A stretch of DNA of 64,000 nt from Octopus vulgaris (taxonomy: Eukaryota). Where the stretch lies: contig OX597814.1 of NCBI GenBank assembly GCA_951406725.2, positions 68,634,001 to 68,698,000 on the forward strand. The letters are read 5' to 3'. Below, piece after piece: positions 27,638 through 40,139 of this stretch; positions within the stretch are counted from its first letter, which is position 1; each line of letters begins with the position of its first letter. The notes under the pieces were generated by a model. The model saw only the letters and a program-made list of their open reading frames with translations. It did no database searches and was not told where the DNA came from. The position numbers and the translations under genes are program-made.

Positions 27638-28270
27638 TTTGTAGTTTGATCGTAGGTGATCTACTTCTAGCATATGGCTGACCACATAGTGGTTTTTGGC
27701 ACTTTGAATATACACATCTATTAGAATTTTCTCTGATTTTTCAGATTTTTGTATGCTAGGCTACTGATTTTAAATCGATATTAATTAAATTAAATTCAAT
27801 TTATCTCCCTCATTATTTAAATGCTAAAATAAATATGTTCCCTAATAGGCAGCATTAACTGCAGTAAATTATTTACTGCAGATTTTGCTTCCGGAATTTA
27901 GCTCGCCATAACTCAGACATTTGAAATTAACCCCAATGTAATCGGTGGAACTAAGCACGTGTCTGTTTTTATACAGAAAACTGGTGGTTAGTTTTACAAA
28001 TTATATTGCTTGTGGAACGATCGTACTGACGAGCCCTACGGACGAAGGGATTACGTAAGTGATTTATTCGTTAATAGGCAAAACCGCCGGTCTGCGATTA
28101 ATTCTTGTTTTTTTATATAATTTTCATCTGTCTTGCCCGCATATTGTTCTGGTGTCCGCTGAATTTTTCTCTAGAGAACAATCTTTTCTTTGTAGTTTGA
28201 TCGTAGGTGATCTACTTCTAGCATATGGCTGACCACATAGTGATTTTTGGCCGTTTAAATACACACATGT
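27638..28270 (+). mobile_element. ORF-less ~550-bp hammerhead-containing unit with ~80-bp direct terminal redundancy
   Basis: ttgtagtttgatcgtaggtgatctacttctagcatatggctgaccacatagtg at both 27638 and 28190; HHR at 28019-28099; reverse homolog at 38690-39050. Confidence 0.75.
28019..28099 (+). ncRNA. Type I hammerhead with G12A substitution, long stem II
   Basis: gatcgta-CTGACGA-gcc...ggc-AAAA-ccgccgg-TC-tgcgatt. Confidence 0.75.
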
Positions 28271-28375
28271 ATTATATATATATATATAAGACAATAAAAG
28301 AATGAAAGAGACCTCGATATTACGTAAATAGAGGAATTTATCTGTAATATAAATTATTCGGTTGCCATAATAAAA

Positions 28376-28436
28376 CTCCGACCGAGTTTCGAATTTCGGG
28401 GCGGAAACCTGCTCCGGCATCTCGTCAGTTATAGAG
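28376..28436 (-). ncRNA. Hammerhead-like motif with atypical stem I
   Basis: Minus strand ctctataa-CTGACGA-gatgccggagc..gccccgaaattc-GAAA-ctcgg-TC-ggag; core intact, stem I pairs only with a 4-nt bulge. Confidence 0.55.
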
Positions 28437-29303
28437 GCAGTCAAAGAATACTATGAAAATGACCGTTAAACAAAGGGAAATTACTATGTAATTGCCCATT
28501 ATTAAGACAAAAGAGCTATTAGAATGACCGTTAAATAAGGGGGAGAACCGAAGGGAGTAAAGTAAAAAGTAAAGAAGTCAAAATGCTCATAGCAATCGCG
28601 TATGCACGCATGTACTTACATACACATTCCCGCACGCACACCCACGTACATGTGCTGAATCAGTTTGTAATTGATAGTTACATGCTTGATTGACGATGCG
28701 CACTCTTCATGCGCCCTTAATTAAATACAGTTCCAAAGCTAACTTAAACGTGTGTGTGTGCATTCGTGTGAGTGTGTGCATTCGTGTGAGTGCGCGCGCA
28801 TGCGTGCTTGTGTGGGTGTGGTTGTGTGTATACCAGATAACATTCCAGAAGTAGAAAACATTAAGCATTATACTAGCCAAATGAGATTATCTATTGAGCC
28901 AGTCATGCAATATCAATTTATCTAATCACCATACACCATGAACCCAAAACCTAGATTCACAAACAAGCATATCAAACATATGTTCCCATTGTCATCTGCC
29001 TAACGGTTACACATCGGTTACAACACCGTTAAAGACGTAAATCGTTCCGGTGAATCAATAATCAAGCAGCAGAAGCGAAAGATTAGCGTAGTACGCCCAT
29101 TGCGCAAACAACTGCTTATCATTATAAATAGCATCAAATACAAACAAAATAATATTGACTTATAGGTACAAATCTAGAAATTAAAAATAGTATCTATAAA
29201 ACAAATTCCTCACACAAAGGACATTGCGATCCCTAAAGTTATAGTACAAAATAGCACACACACACTCACACACACACATACACACATATATATGAGAGCT
29301 CTG

Positions 29304-29346
<43 letters not shown>

Positions 29347-30250
29347 AAAATGTGTGTGTGTGTGTGTATGTGGACGTACGTCTTCGTTCAGAGATCAAAT
29401 AACAAACCCGAGTTAATATCTTAGACCGAACATTACTATTCATTTGTACCATTAGTTTTGCAAGATGCTTGGTGAATAGTACTACAACCAAAAAGTATGA
29501 TAAACTATCGTTGTTTAAGCTGATACTATGACAAATTGCCTTTTTCTCTGATATTGCTGTACGAGCGTAAGTGCAATCGATTTCTGTTACATTGTGACAC
29601 AACAGAGTGACGTAAGCGTGCCTCTTGAGTCTACCGACTCTACGGGGGGAAATGCTGTAATAGAACGTTGGTAGCCTTTTAACAATGTTTAAGAATGTGT
29701 AGCTAGTGTTAACGTTATGTTCATTAAAATGCTTACGGTAATTATTAATGTTGAGAAAATTCTGTAAATGTAAGAAGAAAATTGTAGCTACATTAGTGGA
29801 AGTATCAATGTTGTATAAAGTATTGAATCAGATTATCAATGTCTTTCCAAATATTTGGGGTCGCAGGGCGGAACCCTCCATATACACTGATTTTTCACTA
29901 AAGTCCATCTCTGCTTATTCCCCGTTGTAATAGGCTACGATCCTGTTGAAGATCTCACTAGTCACTTGATTCCCATTTATAGCTAGGGTTGCTGGAGTGC
30001 GTAGGAGTTTTCGCGTTAAGCTTTCCATAGAGATATTATTTGTCAGTCTGGAGATCTAGTGTGATATGCAAGAATTCAAATTATTTGAAATGTTAAATAT
30101 ATCTTTGAATATATATCTGCAAAAGCAGAAATATAGTAACATTTGGCAAGAAGTGTCTTCCCTTCCGGTCATTCTAAATGTGACCGCGAGTGTACCGTCG
30201 GCGATTTTTTTCCTCCGTCTTCCCTTCTTTGGATCTTTTCTTTTCCTATG

Positions 30251-30283
30251 CTTCTGACAAAGAGCTCCGCTCGAAACGTTAAA
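30251..30283 (+). ncRNA. Minimal hammerhead-like motif (PLE type)
   Basis: tt-CTGACAA-a-gagc-tcc-gctc-GAAACGTT-aaa; palindromic AACGTT stem III; G8A substitution. Confidence 0.55.
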
Positions 30284-30409
30284 TTCTCCTTCTTTCCTTC
30301 TTTCCTGAGCGTCCAATAACACTATACTTGTTCCACGTCCTCACGTTGTTGTGTTTTCTCTTTGTGTTTTCATGTTTGGATTAACTTTATATATATATGT
30401 ATACACGTT

Positions 30410-30770
30410 GATATTTTGATAGGTTTCGGCTAGTAGTGGCCCAGGCCACGTCTAACTTAAAAGCACCACCTGGCGAATTCATTCAAATCAAGAATCGGAC
30501 AACATAGCCCACTCGGGTAGAGAGTTATTGTTTACAGAGACATATCCGAGTGTAGGAGGTTTATCCGGGATATCTTGAAGGAATTTGTCCAAAGAATTCT
30601 TGAACATCATGGGGTCTATTTCTGCTTTAATGTGTTTTGGTGTAATGTTACAGAGAGTGGGGCCAATTGAAGTGAAATAATTGTGCCGTAGTGTTACTAT
30701 GTGATGGAAATATGATTTATGTCGTGGGCGGATAGCACGGGGCCCAAGACTTGGGTGTATCTTAAAGATG
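30410..30770 (-). mobile_element. CR1/L2-group LINE 3' end
   Basis: GPTLCNITPKHIK..FKNSLDKFLQDIPDKP..NNNSLPEW is a typical C-terminus, followed by a short 3' UTR. Confidence 0.7.
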
Positions 30771-30799
30771 ATATATATATACATATATAAATGCACACA

Positions 30800-31170
30800 T
30801 ACTTATATATATATATACCATTTTAATAGAACCCCCTGTACTGATAGGAAATGTATTGTATGAAGAGTTAGCCCACAAAGAAACTGTAACGCTAGGTATG
30901 TAGTCTACAGAACAAGATGTATAAAGAGACGGTGCAAAAATAAGACAACAACATACATAAGGGAGAGAGCACGTAGCATAGGAGAGCGGATTAATGAGCA
31001 TTGGAGAGAACTCAAGGAAGAGAAGAACTCATCGGTGCTGTACCAACACACAGAGCGGGAACACAAGGACTCTATCAACAACATAGAATTAAATATCTTG
31101 TCCCCACATAGAACGGACGCAACGCTTAGACAAATTACGGAAGCTACACACATAATAGGGAATAATTAAT
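30800..31170 (+). mobile_element. PLE GIY-YIG endonuclease fragment
   Basis: TYIRE-[frameshift]-ARSIGERINEHW..SVLYQHTEREH..LRQITEATHI. Confidence 0.65.
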
Positions 31171-31278
31171 ATAATGAAATAAAACTGACGCAAGCGAACA
31201 CCAAGTAAATAGTGCGTGTGTTTTCTTTGGCTAAACTGGCTACATGACCATCCAAAAATTACAACAATATATATGTGT

Positions 31279-31387
<109 letters not shown>

Positions 31388-32017
31388 TCGATAGATAGAT
31401 ACATAGATATATAGATAGATAGACAGATATATAGATAGATAGACAGATATATAGATAGATAGATAAAAGGAGTCAAACATCTTTTTATATAGGCAGTTCT
31501 TCATCTCAGTTGTCCAAAAGAATATCTAATCATTGCTCTACATTTAGGCATATCAATAAACGTAACAATACTGGGCTTGGTAAATTAATTTGGTATCTAA
31601 ATGATCATAATAAATATTGTGATTTGGAATGGAATATTCTCTCTATATCTTTTCTGTATGATAAAGGTAAATATTTTTGTCCGCTTTGTAACAGTGAAAT
31701 ACATTTCATCCTGTTCTCAGAGAATCCTCTTGTAAACACGTTTATAGAACGTGTTTATCGTTGCAAACATTGGCAGAAACATGCCTTTAGTTCGTATAAG
31801 TGATTTCTACAATTCTAAAAAATTTGACCTTTGACTGTCTTCTTACATTTCACTTCCACTAAATATATCTACTTCCATGCCTTTAAGCGTTATTCCTATT
31901 CACCTATCGCTATATTAGTTTTCTGCTCATTTCTTTCTTTCTCCTCCTTCTCTTTCTATAAACTACCTTTGACGTTATATCTACTAAAATGTCTTATTGG
32001 CGTGTTTTGTTTCTTTC

Positions 32018-32104
32018 TTTCCCTGATAAGAAGATTGTATTGTTTTACACCATTTTATTCTTTCTGGAATAATACCAATGTTTTATTCGAAACATATGTC
32101 AGAA
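32018..32104 (+). ncRNA. Hammerhead in 5' pLTR (G8A)
   Basis: CTGATAA-gaa...ttc-GAAA-catatg-TC-agaa; palindromic stem III. Confidence 0.7.
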
Positions 32105-32782
32105 GTAACAAGATTTGAATAGCACCTGCGTTTATTTCCCTTTCTTTATCAATATTATACAAAAACATTCCACCTTAATCTGGAGTTTCTACCTTTATAA
32201 ATAGGCTGTTACATCCTTGTTACTTGTGTGAATATTTACTACCCTGGTTACTATTTATTTTTTTCCTTGTTATTTGTAAACATTGAGAAAGTACACATAC
32301 ATTTATATACACTTCAAACAGGTTTCCATATATCCTACTAATAAAATAGTTATCACATATGGAGTTATTTGATACAAACGCTTCTCTTAAGGATTCACCT
32401 CAACCCCCAAGGAAGGTTTTCCTTAAGCAACTCATTAGTAAGACAATCTCCTTTATTAACCGTATTAGATGACTTGCCATTTTCTTCCACAATAAATACA
32501 CTAAACAGCCCTCTATCGATCTAACTTCTGAATTCAAAAAATTGTTTAAATCTAAAAACAATCCTCCACCTAACCCAAGATTGAGACAGTTTGAAGACGA
32601 TGTGAACTTCTACCTTTCACCCTTAAGGAATAAACATCAGAGATATCTTCACAATACCACCAAAGAAATTCATAGTCTGGATGGGATACTGGTTCAATCA
32701 GATAAAACAGGAAACCTATACAGGCTTACCAAGGTCAATTACCTAGAATTGCTTAGAAAAAAAATACAAAAATATTATAGGA

Positions 32783-32977
32783 TTCTTTTCTACTCTAGGT
32801 GCAAGGCCCGAAATTTTGGGGGACTCCAGTACACAACTGGTACTTAATTTATCGAACCCGAAAGGATAAAATACAAAGTCGACCTTGGCGTAATTTGAAC
32901 TCAGAACGTAAAGACAGACGAAATATCGCTAAGCATTTCGCCCGGCGTGCTAACGTTTCTGCCAGCTCGCCGCCTTA
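32783..32977 (-). mobile_element. SINE family B inserted in the PLE ORF
   Basis: Matches 17786-18165. Flanks aaaatattataggatt / aaagaattttaagatt resemble a decayed target-site duplication. Confidence 0.85.
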
Positions 32978-33052
32978 AAAGAATTTTAAGATTACCGGTA
33001 AAAGTGCAATCAGGTAAGCCAACCTCGAAGCTAAGAAAATTATGGGGAAATA

Positions 33053-34214
33053 TAAGTTAAGTTAAGTTAATTTTTTGGCTCAAAAAGCAAAAAGCAAGGC
33101 CATGTAGGGGGACATGGAGTTATGTACAGGCAGGGTGTTCATGCAAAGAGTTCAGGCCATTTCTGATCAAGAGAGACTTTGAAACGAGCGGTCGTCGGCA
33201 TCTTCACTATCTCGTCCGGCAGCTTATTCCACGGATCCGCAACCCGGACGGAGAAAGCCCCTCTCCTTAGACTGAGATGAAATCGTCGCAGATAGAGCTT
33301 TTCGGAGTGACCCCGCAGCCGACGCTCTGGAGCAGGAATGAAGAACAGCTCTTTCGAGAGGTTACACTTTCCGCTTATGATGTTGTGAGCAAGAATGAGA
33401 TCACCACGGCGTCGTCGTTTTTCTAGAGAATAAAGGTCGAGCGTCTTCAGCCTTTCTTCATAAGACAAATGCTTGAGACCAAGAACCATGCGGGTAGCCA
33501 GCTTCAGGACTCTTTCGAGATGATGTATGTCTTTGATGAGATAAGGAGAAGATGCTTGAATCCCGTACTCCAATATGGGTCTCACCAGCGTGACATAGAG
33601 CGGTAGGAATATGGCTGCTGTGAGCATTCCGAATGACCGTCGAATCAAAAACAGAACTCCGCGTGCTTTGTTGGCAGCATGGATGCACTGGGCCGAAGGC
33701 GAATAGGAAGAATTCACCAAGATTTACCTGGTCGGTCCTCTCCAGCAGCAGACGACCCGGCTCGAAATCAAGTTGAGTTGCAGGAGAGGAGCCAACAGGC
33801 AGATGAGAGCACTTTGACATGTTCAGACACAGGTCCCATTCGTTAGACCATCTCCAAACTTGGTGGAGGCATCGACGAAGATCATCTATAACACCGCGAG
33901 GAACGACCAGTTTGACATCATCGGCAAATAGAAGGGTGTGTTGCGTGAGATCGTCGGGCAAGTCATTTATGAAGACTAAAAACAGTAAGGGCCCAAGCAC
34001 TGAACCTTGAGGCACGCCACTGCTCGCACTGAAGACGTCGGACAGCGAACCATTAACTTGGACTTAGAAGGAGCGATCTGAGAGGAAGGCACCAACCGAT
34101 CGTACAATGTCCGGATGGAAACTATATGCTTGAAGCTTGACAAGTAATAGGCGGTGGTTAACCGAGTCAAAAGCTTTGGCAAAGTCCAATAAAACGATGT
34201 CAACAGCATCACCA
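33053..34214 (-). mobile_element. 5'-truncated CR1-clade LINE (relatively young) nested in the PLE
   Basis: DFAKAFDSVNH, GVPQGSVLGPLLFLVFINDLPD, FADDVKL, LVRPILEY, LEKRRRRGDLI; (TTAAC)n 3' tail; higher GC than the flanks. Confidence 0.93.
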
Positions 34215-36306
34215 TGATTTACAGATGAAGACAGAAGCCCTTGATCATAAACAACCTCGTTTTATTTTAAGAGATCACAAACACTTTTTTAATAACCCAA
34301 TCTTACGAATTATTTGTCCTTCTAGCTCTGACATCGGTGTACTTAGCAAATATATTCTAGATAAATATATTCCTATCTTAGTTAAAAAAATTAATGCTTA
34401 ATGTATGGTCTAATTCGTTCCAAGTGGTCGACTGGTTTAATTCTATTCATAACAAGAAGTGCACTAAGATTATCCTGTTTGCCACTTCCTGTTTCTATTC
34501 CTCTATCAACCCAATCGTACTCAACAAGACACTATGGCTCGCTCACAATAAAGTAGGTCTCACCAGGGATGAAATGAATGTCGTGTTAGACGCCAGAAAA
34601 TCTATTAAATTCGATAGCAAGCTTTGGTATCCGGAAAGATACACCTGACAGCTTTGATGTCACGATGGGAAGTTCTGATTCAGCACATATCGCTGATTTC
34701 GTCTATATATATATCCTTTATGAGATGGCTGATCAAGTCCCAAACATCAGTAATGATTGTCAACTCTACCTTCAAAATGCTTCTAACCAAAAATTCCAAA
34801 GAGTTAAGAATAGCTTAGTTAAATTTTTCCGAAACATGGGCTTAAGCATTTGTTTTGACGATGATATAACTAAAGCCAACTTTTTGGATATTACCCTTAA
34901 TTTGCATAATGATTCATATTTCCCATACCATAAACCCTCAACTAATTAAAAATATATTAGGTCTTTCAGTAATCACTCTAGGGCTATTGCAAAGAATTTA
35001 GTTAGGAATATTTCACTTTCTAGATACCCTACTAATGTTGATATCTTCAACGATAAAGCTGAATTTTATAACTCTGCATTACTTAAAGCAAGCTATAAAG
35101 AAAACTTCCCTATATTAACCCTATTGACATTAATTCTACCTCTATTAATGAGGACATGAAATCAAGTCATAACGATATTAACAATATTATTTCTTTTCGA
35201 ATAACAACGCCAAATTGAGTGATGTAATTCTGCAGCGTAAAGGGAGATAACCGTTATTCAAGACCCATTTTCGTTATAAAGGTACATCGAAGACTTTTAA
35301 AGATAATTACCCTAATAACAAGGTATGCACTTTCAAAAGTCTTTGGTTAATAATTCCATATGGTAATCAGATCAAATCCAACCTCCCTTACAAGTTTCGA
35401 GAAATTCAAGATATTCGATTATTAATTCACACCGAGTCAGGATAGGTTTTACTAGCATAAAAAATATTTCATAAATCATCTCTTTGCATAATAATAAGTT
35501 GTTAAAAACAAATCCACTTAATGAAAATAGTAACATTGATTTTGTTAACACTAACCATTCTTTAAGTAATAATAGCAGCAGCATTAGTGTTTCTGATGCT
35601 GACTCCAATCGCATTCATTTTCTTAGCAGTGATTCTAAGATTAGAAACTCTAATTATCACTGTAAAATTAATTCCGGTTCTGACGACTATTTTTATATAG
35701 GAAGTTCTTCATCTCAGTTGTCCAAGAGAATATCTAATCATTACTCTACATTTAGACATATCAATAGACGTAACAATACTGGGCTTCGTAAATTAATTTG
35801 GTATCTAAAGGATCCTAATAAACAATTTGATTTGGAATAGAATATTCTCTCTATATCTTTTCCGTATGATAAAGGTAAATATTTTTGTTCGCTTTATAAC
35901 AGTGAAATGTATTTCATCAGGTTCTCAGAAAATCTGCTTGTAAACACGCTTATAGAACGCGTTTATCGTTGCAAACATTCGCAAAAGTATACTTTTAGTT
36001 CGTATAAGTGATTTCTACCGTTTTAAAATATTTGACCTTTGACTGTCTTCTTACATTTCACTTCCACTAAATATATCTACTTCCATGCCTTTAATCTTTA
36101 TTCTTATTCACCTATTCTCTCCATATCTATTCACAATTAGTTTTCTGCTCATTTCTTTCTTTCACCTCCTTCTCTTTCTATAAACTACCTTTGACTTTAT
36201 ATCTACAGGCGGTTTGCTTTTAAAAAGACTTGCTAGCGCTCCCTTCATCATATACGTCGTCATCACATTCTGTTAAAAAGTCTTATTGATGTGTTTGGTT
36301 TCTTTC

Positions 36307-36389
36307 TTTCCCCGATGAGAAGATTGCATTGTTTTACACCATTTTATTCCTTCTGGAAACCAATGTTTTATTCGAAACGTAAGTCAGAA
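36307..36389 (+). ncRNA. Hammerhead in 3' pLTR (U4C)
   Basis: CCGATGA-gaa...ttc-GAAA-cgtaag-TC-agaa. Confidence 0.7.
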
Positions 36390-36785
36390 GTAACAAGATT
36401 TGAGTAACACCTGCGTTTATTTCCCTTTATTTATCAATATTACATAAAAACATTCCACCTAAACCTGGAGTTTCTACCTTTATTAGTAGGCTGTTACATC
36501 CTTGTTACTTGTGCGAATATTTACTACCCTGGTAACTATTTTTCCGTGTTATTTGTAGACATTGAAAAAAACACAGATTTATATATACATATATACACAC
36601 ATCCATACATATATACGAATATGTATATATATGTATATATATATATCTGCGTGTGTGATTATTTATGTATATATATATGAATATTTATGTATATATATAT
36701 ATGTATATATATGTACGTATGTAAATATATATGTATATATATGTGTGTATATAAATATGTATATATATATATATGTATATATGTA

Positions 36786-37075
36786 GTGAAGGCGCATGCC
36801 TCAGTGGTTAGAGCATCGAGCTTACGATCGTGAGGTTGTGAGTTCGATTCCCGAACAAAGCTGCGTGTTGTATTCTTCAGCAAGACACTTTATTTCGCGT
36901 TGCTCCAACTCACTCAGCTGCCGAAATGAGTTGAGACGTAATGTATCGGCTTTGCCTTTCCTTTGGATAACATCGGTGGCGTGGAGAGGGGAGGGTAGTA
37001 TGCCCGGACGTGTTCCTCGGAGGGTCACTTTCCAGGTACAATTCCATGGTCATTCATGACCGAAGAGGGTCACAC
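36786..37075 (+). mobile_element. tRNA-derived SINE (family D)
   Basis: gaaggcgcatgcctcagtggttagagcatcgagcttacgatcgtgaggttgtgagttcgattccc head with A and B boxes, followed by a non-tRNA body; embedded in (TA)n. Confidence 0.8.
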
Positions 37076-37094
37076 TTTATATATGTATACGTGT

Positions 37095-37151
<57 letters not shown>

Positions 37152-37224
37152 TATATAATTATATATATATAAATATATATACATATATGCATATATATAT
37201 GTGTATATACATATATACATATGC

Positions 37225-37316
<92 letters not shown>

Positions 37317-37324
37317 GCATATAG

Positions 37325-37454
<130 letters not shown>

Positions 37455-37692
37455 CGTTTATATTTTCGCGCTTCCAATAGAAATCCCAAAAAATAAATAT
37501 AGGGCTGCAAATAGAGATGCTGAAGTAAAACCGAGACAAAGAAAATATATTCAAAAGGATATAATGAACAAACGTCTTACTTGGTCAAGCAACTTTATAA
37601 AATCCCTTTATAACATTAATTAACATTAATACATAAAAATATGAAAATCATAAAGATATGTATTTACTATAGCTTTTTGAATTCATAATATA

Positions 37693-37786
<94 letters not shown>

Positions 37787-38081
37787 TATAGTTTCGTTAA
37801 TCTATTGAAATGGTTGGAAGACGCAATGAAAATTTTAGTAAAATAAAAATGAGGAATAAGTGGAAATTTTACCTGTGTGTTAAATTATAAGGCACAAAAA
37901 GAAAATGACTCTCCCCAGACACAACAGGACATATATATATAAATATGTGTGTGTGTGTGTGTATGTACATATGTATATATATGTATATACATAAGTATAT
38001 ATATGGATACATATATATACATACGTATATATGTGTGTGTATGTGTTATTTTGTTTCAAATTTGTGTGAATGTGCATAGAA

Positions 38082-38595
38082 TAATATATTAATTGAATAA
38101 AGTTAGAAGAGTATGGTTTTCATGTTTTTATTATGTTAATTTAACAAAATTAGCGCTTTCATACATAATATACTTATCAGATTTCAAATGTGTTTAACTG
38201 ACAGTTGAGTTCTTGACAACTTTAGTACCTCTTAGAACGCTGTAACCAGTTGGTTGTTATATTATTGCTATTATTACCGTTCTGAGCGGAAACAACAGCA
38301 ATAATATAACAAACAGTTAATGTTGAGGATTAATAGATATAAAGTTACAGAAAATCGGTACGCCTGACAAACCATGATGTTTAAGAGCATGCGGATTGAT
38401 CAAAAAGTTATTCTAAAAAATCAGTTGGTTGGAGCATTCTAAGAGATACTAAAGTTGTCAAGAACTCAACTGTCAGTTAAACACATTTAAAATCTGATGA
38501 GCATACAATGTATGAAAGTGCAAAATTTGTAAAAATGCCATAATAAAAATAAAACGTGTAGACCAGACTGTTTTAACTTTATTCAACTAATATAT
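38082..38595. repeat. Diverged fold-back module with two opposed degenerate hammerheads
   Basis: Arms ~38082-38250 and ~38422-38595. Plus strand aaat-CTGATGA-gcatacaatgtat-GAAA-gtgc (38490-38527); minus strand aaat-CTGATAA-gtatattatgtat-GAAA-gcgc-TA-attt (38184-38147). Confidence 0.8.
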
Positions 38596-38654
38596 ATGTA
38601 TATGTATGTACATATATATATATGTATGTCTATATATATATATATGCATATATG

Positions 38655-38694
<40 letters not shown>

Positions 38695-38961
38695 TTAAAT
38701 AATGAGGGAGATAAATTAATATTAATTTCAATATCAATTTAAAACCAGTAGTCCAGCAATACAAAAAATCTGAGAAATCAGAGAAAATTCTAATATATGT
38801 GTATATTGGCAGGGCAAGACTACTAGGTAGTCGGCCGTATGCTAGAAATAGATCATCAACGATCATACTACAAAGAAAGTTCTCTAGAGGAAAAATTCAG
38901 CGAACACCAGAACCAAATTTGGCGGGCAGGACAGATGAAAATTTATATAAAAAACAGAATT

Positions 38962-39040
38962 AATTGCATACCTCGGTTTCGGCCTTATACAAAAGAATTA
39001 CTTACATAATTCAAATGTCCATGGCTTCATCAGTACAATT
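38962..39040 (-). ncRNA. Type I hammerhead (core intact, A-C at first stem II pair)
   Basis: aattgta-CTGATGA-agcc...ggcc-GAAA-ccgagg-TA-tgcaatt; homolog of 28019-28099. Confidence 0.8.
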
Positions 39041-39080
39041 GTTCAGTGTAAATGCAATCTGAAAACTAACCCCAGCTTTC

Positions 39081-39155
<75 letters not shown>

Positions 39156-39366
39156 AATGATAAATATCAAAGTGAGTTATATACAGTAGCGGTAACACAT
39201 CGTGACGTATTTTTGCCATTTCAATATGGCTAACCCCTAAGGGTGGATGCTACTGTAGTTTTTAGCCCCAGGAGGACACACTCCTCCAGCTGGCCATAGA
39301 CACACTTTCTGTGTCCTGTCAGTATTTGCAAAGGGAAGTCATCCTTCCCGTCTTCAACATATGATA

Positions 39367-39411
39367 CACACGGACTCGAGTTTCGAGGTATTGACCTCTC
39401 GTCAGCGTGTG
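39367..39411 (-). ncRNA. Intact type I hammerhead (antisense twin)
   Basis: Exact reverse complement of 39494-39538. Confidence 0.92.
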
Positions 39412-39493
39412 ACAATCATAGTTGTCGCCCTGAGACCTCTCGTCAGCGTGTGACAATCATAGTTGTCGCCGAGAATTAGACAACTATGATTGT

Positions 39494-39538
39494 CACACGC
39501 TGACGAGAGGTCAATACCTCGAAACTCGAGTCCGTGTG
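39494..39538 (+). ncRNA. Intact minimal type I hammerhead ribozyme
   Basis: cacacg-CTGACGA-gagg-tcaata-cctc-GAAA-ctcgag-TC-cgtgtg; predicted cut after 39532. Confidence 0.93.
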
Positions 39539-39699
39539 TATCATAAGTTGAAGACGGGAAGGATGACTTCCCTTTGCAAATACTGACAGGACACAGAAAG
39601 TGTGTCTATGGCCAGCTGGAGGAGTGTGTCCTCCTGGGGCTAAAAACTACAGTAGCATCCACCCTTAGGGGTTAGCCATATTGAAATGGCAAAAATACG

Positions 39700-39746
<47 letters not shown>

Positions 39747-40139
39747 AATTTATTTGAGAACTCGTTCTGCCTTGGTTTTGCTTTTACTTCTAATATAATA
39801 TATACCTACTATAACGGAACCCTAATACGGATCCCTAGATTTAGCCTCAACTGTGAACTTGGAATCTAACGAACGACTAACTAAAGCACTTACTTGGTGT
39901 GCCTATTCATTTAGATCACAGGTGATCTAGACCCCTCATGTTCTGCATATATATATATATGTATATGTGTGTGTATATATATGCATATATATATATATTT
40001 GCATATACATATATATATATATATATATGTATGTATATATATGAATATATATATGATTATATATATATGTATATATATGTGTGTGTATGTATATATATAT
40101 ATGTTTGTACGTATGTATGTATATGTGTGTGTGTTCTTT

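Larger units (their letters stand above)
31480..36580 (+). mobile_element. Near full-length Penelope-like element with direct pLTRs (31480-32295 and 35690-36575), interrupted by a SINE and a CR1
   Basis: ~800-bp direct repeats that include the GIY-YIG tail. Internal [63 protein letters not shown]. Confidence 0.92.
39202..39703. mobile_element. Young ORF-less fold-back element: near-perfect ~225-bp inverted arms, each with a full hammerhead
   Basis: 39202-39426 is the reverse complement of 39479-39703 (one mismatch seen by eye). The spacer holds a 37-bp tandem copy of the arm end; (TA)n nearby on both sides. Confidence 0.9.
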
